A stretch of 63,837 bases of DNA, filler included, from Globobulimina sp. (Eukaryota), in assembly GCA_003354225.1 (NCBI GenBank). It is 54 parts of 54 records of this genome, joined end to end, with 100 filler letters (N's around TTAATTAATTAA, not from the genome) between each part and the next. Parts side by side here need not be neighbours in the genome. Positions count along the whole stretch, not along the records: positions 62,755 to 63,837 come from PIVH01024001.1; 53 more parts are not named here. One strand, written 5' to 3'. Made by a program: the position numbers and the translations under genes. Positions within the stretch are counted from its first letter, which is position 1, and the number at the start of each line of letters is the position of its first letter. A model generated the notes under the pieces. That model worked only from the letters and a program-made list of their open reading frames with translations, was not told the DNA's origin and searched no databases. Shown one piece after another: positions 63,245 to 63,837 of this stretch.

Positions 63245-63837
63245 CTTTTTTTGTTGATTTTGGCACTTGAAATAAAGAATTAACCAAGTTTATATATTTA
63301 CCAACATATTTTCTATAGAAAAAGTAATAGACACAGCCGTTGAGTGAAATGTGCAATTCAAAAAAAAAGCCGTTGTGTGATCGGGATAAAATCACAAACA
63401 GTTCTCATGTAAAATTAATTAATTAATAACTATATCGATGAAAACATTCATCCAAAATTGTATCAGTTCTTTTTTGACAACACCATTTTACCAATGCCAA
63501 TACTAAAAGTATGATAGCGACAATAATCAGGAATGGTAAACCAATGATGCAATATGTGATTGCAAACATAAAATGAAATATAAACCGATAACACGACGGA
63601 TTAATCTTTTCTTTTCGCTCAATATCACATTTAAATGTATTAGTTAGTGCCCAAACACTGAATATATAGTATATATATAAATGTATTAAATGATGGATAC
63701 ATATTATTAATCAATAACATACCAAATACTTCCTTTAAAATTCCACCCTTTTGCAAGTTCCATTTCATTGTGGTTTGACACGTGCAATAAAGCAATCCTT
63801 TCCTCATACTCTGCTTTCATACATATGGGTAACTCCA

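Overview
This window is not one locus. It is 54 unrelated short contigs (1085, then 1084, then 1083 bp, so sorted by length) joined by an artificial 100-bp spacer (N-run + TTAATTAATTAA + N-run). ORFs that run into X residues or end in '...LIN' are spacer artefacts, and no synteny can be inferred across spacers. Most contigs look like AT-rich protist DNA with short GT-AG introns. A divergent beta-2-type tubulin points to a foraminiferan (Retaria); other protist-like genes include RPB4, LETM1, a CAMK/CDPK kinase, histidine ammonia-lyase, quinone oxidoreductase, a TRP-like channel, DUF917, DUF2306 and Kelch/SAM/Smr proteins. Mixed in are bacterial contigs (attC + lysE; Ni-transporter/truA; a LysR fragment) and probably animal or nematode-like DNA (BEL/Pao fragment, fold-back repeats, tRNA-derived SINE head). 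Highlights: (1) a Polinton/Maverick-type protein-primed DNA polymerase B with four spliceosomal introns, one splitting the catalytic YCDTDS motif; (2) a tail-remodelled histone H3 packed 65 bp from a virus/Polinton-like ORF; (3) an intron-containing pesticin-like lysozyme-VWA fusion; (4) a DPxW-type cap guanine-N2 methyltransferase; (5) a Tc1/mariner-type MITE family seen in two contigs; (6) a solitary integron attC in front of lysE. All family assignments come from motif recognition by eye; no searches were run.
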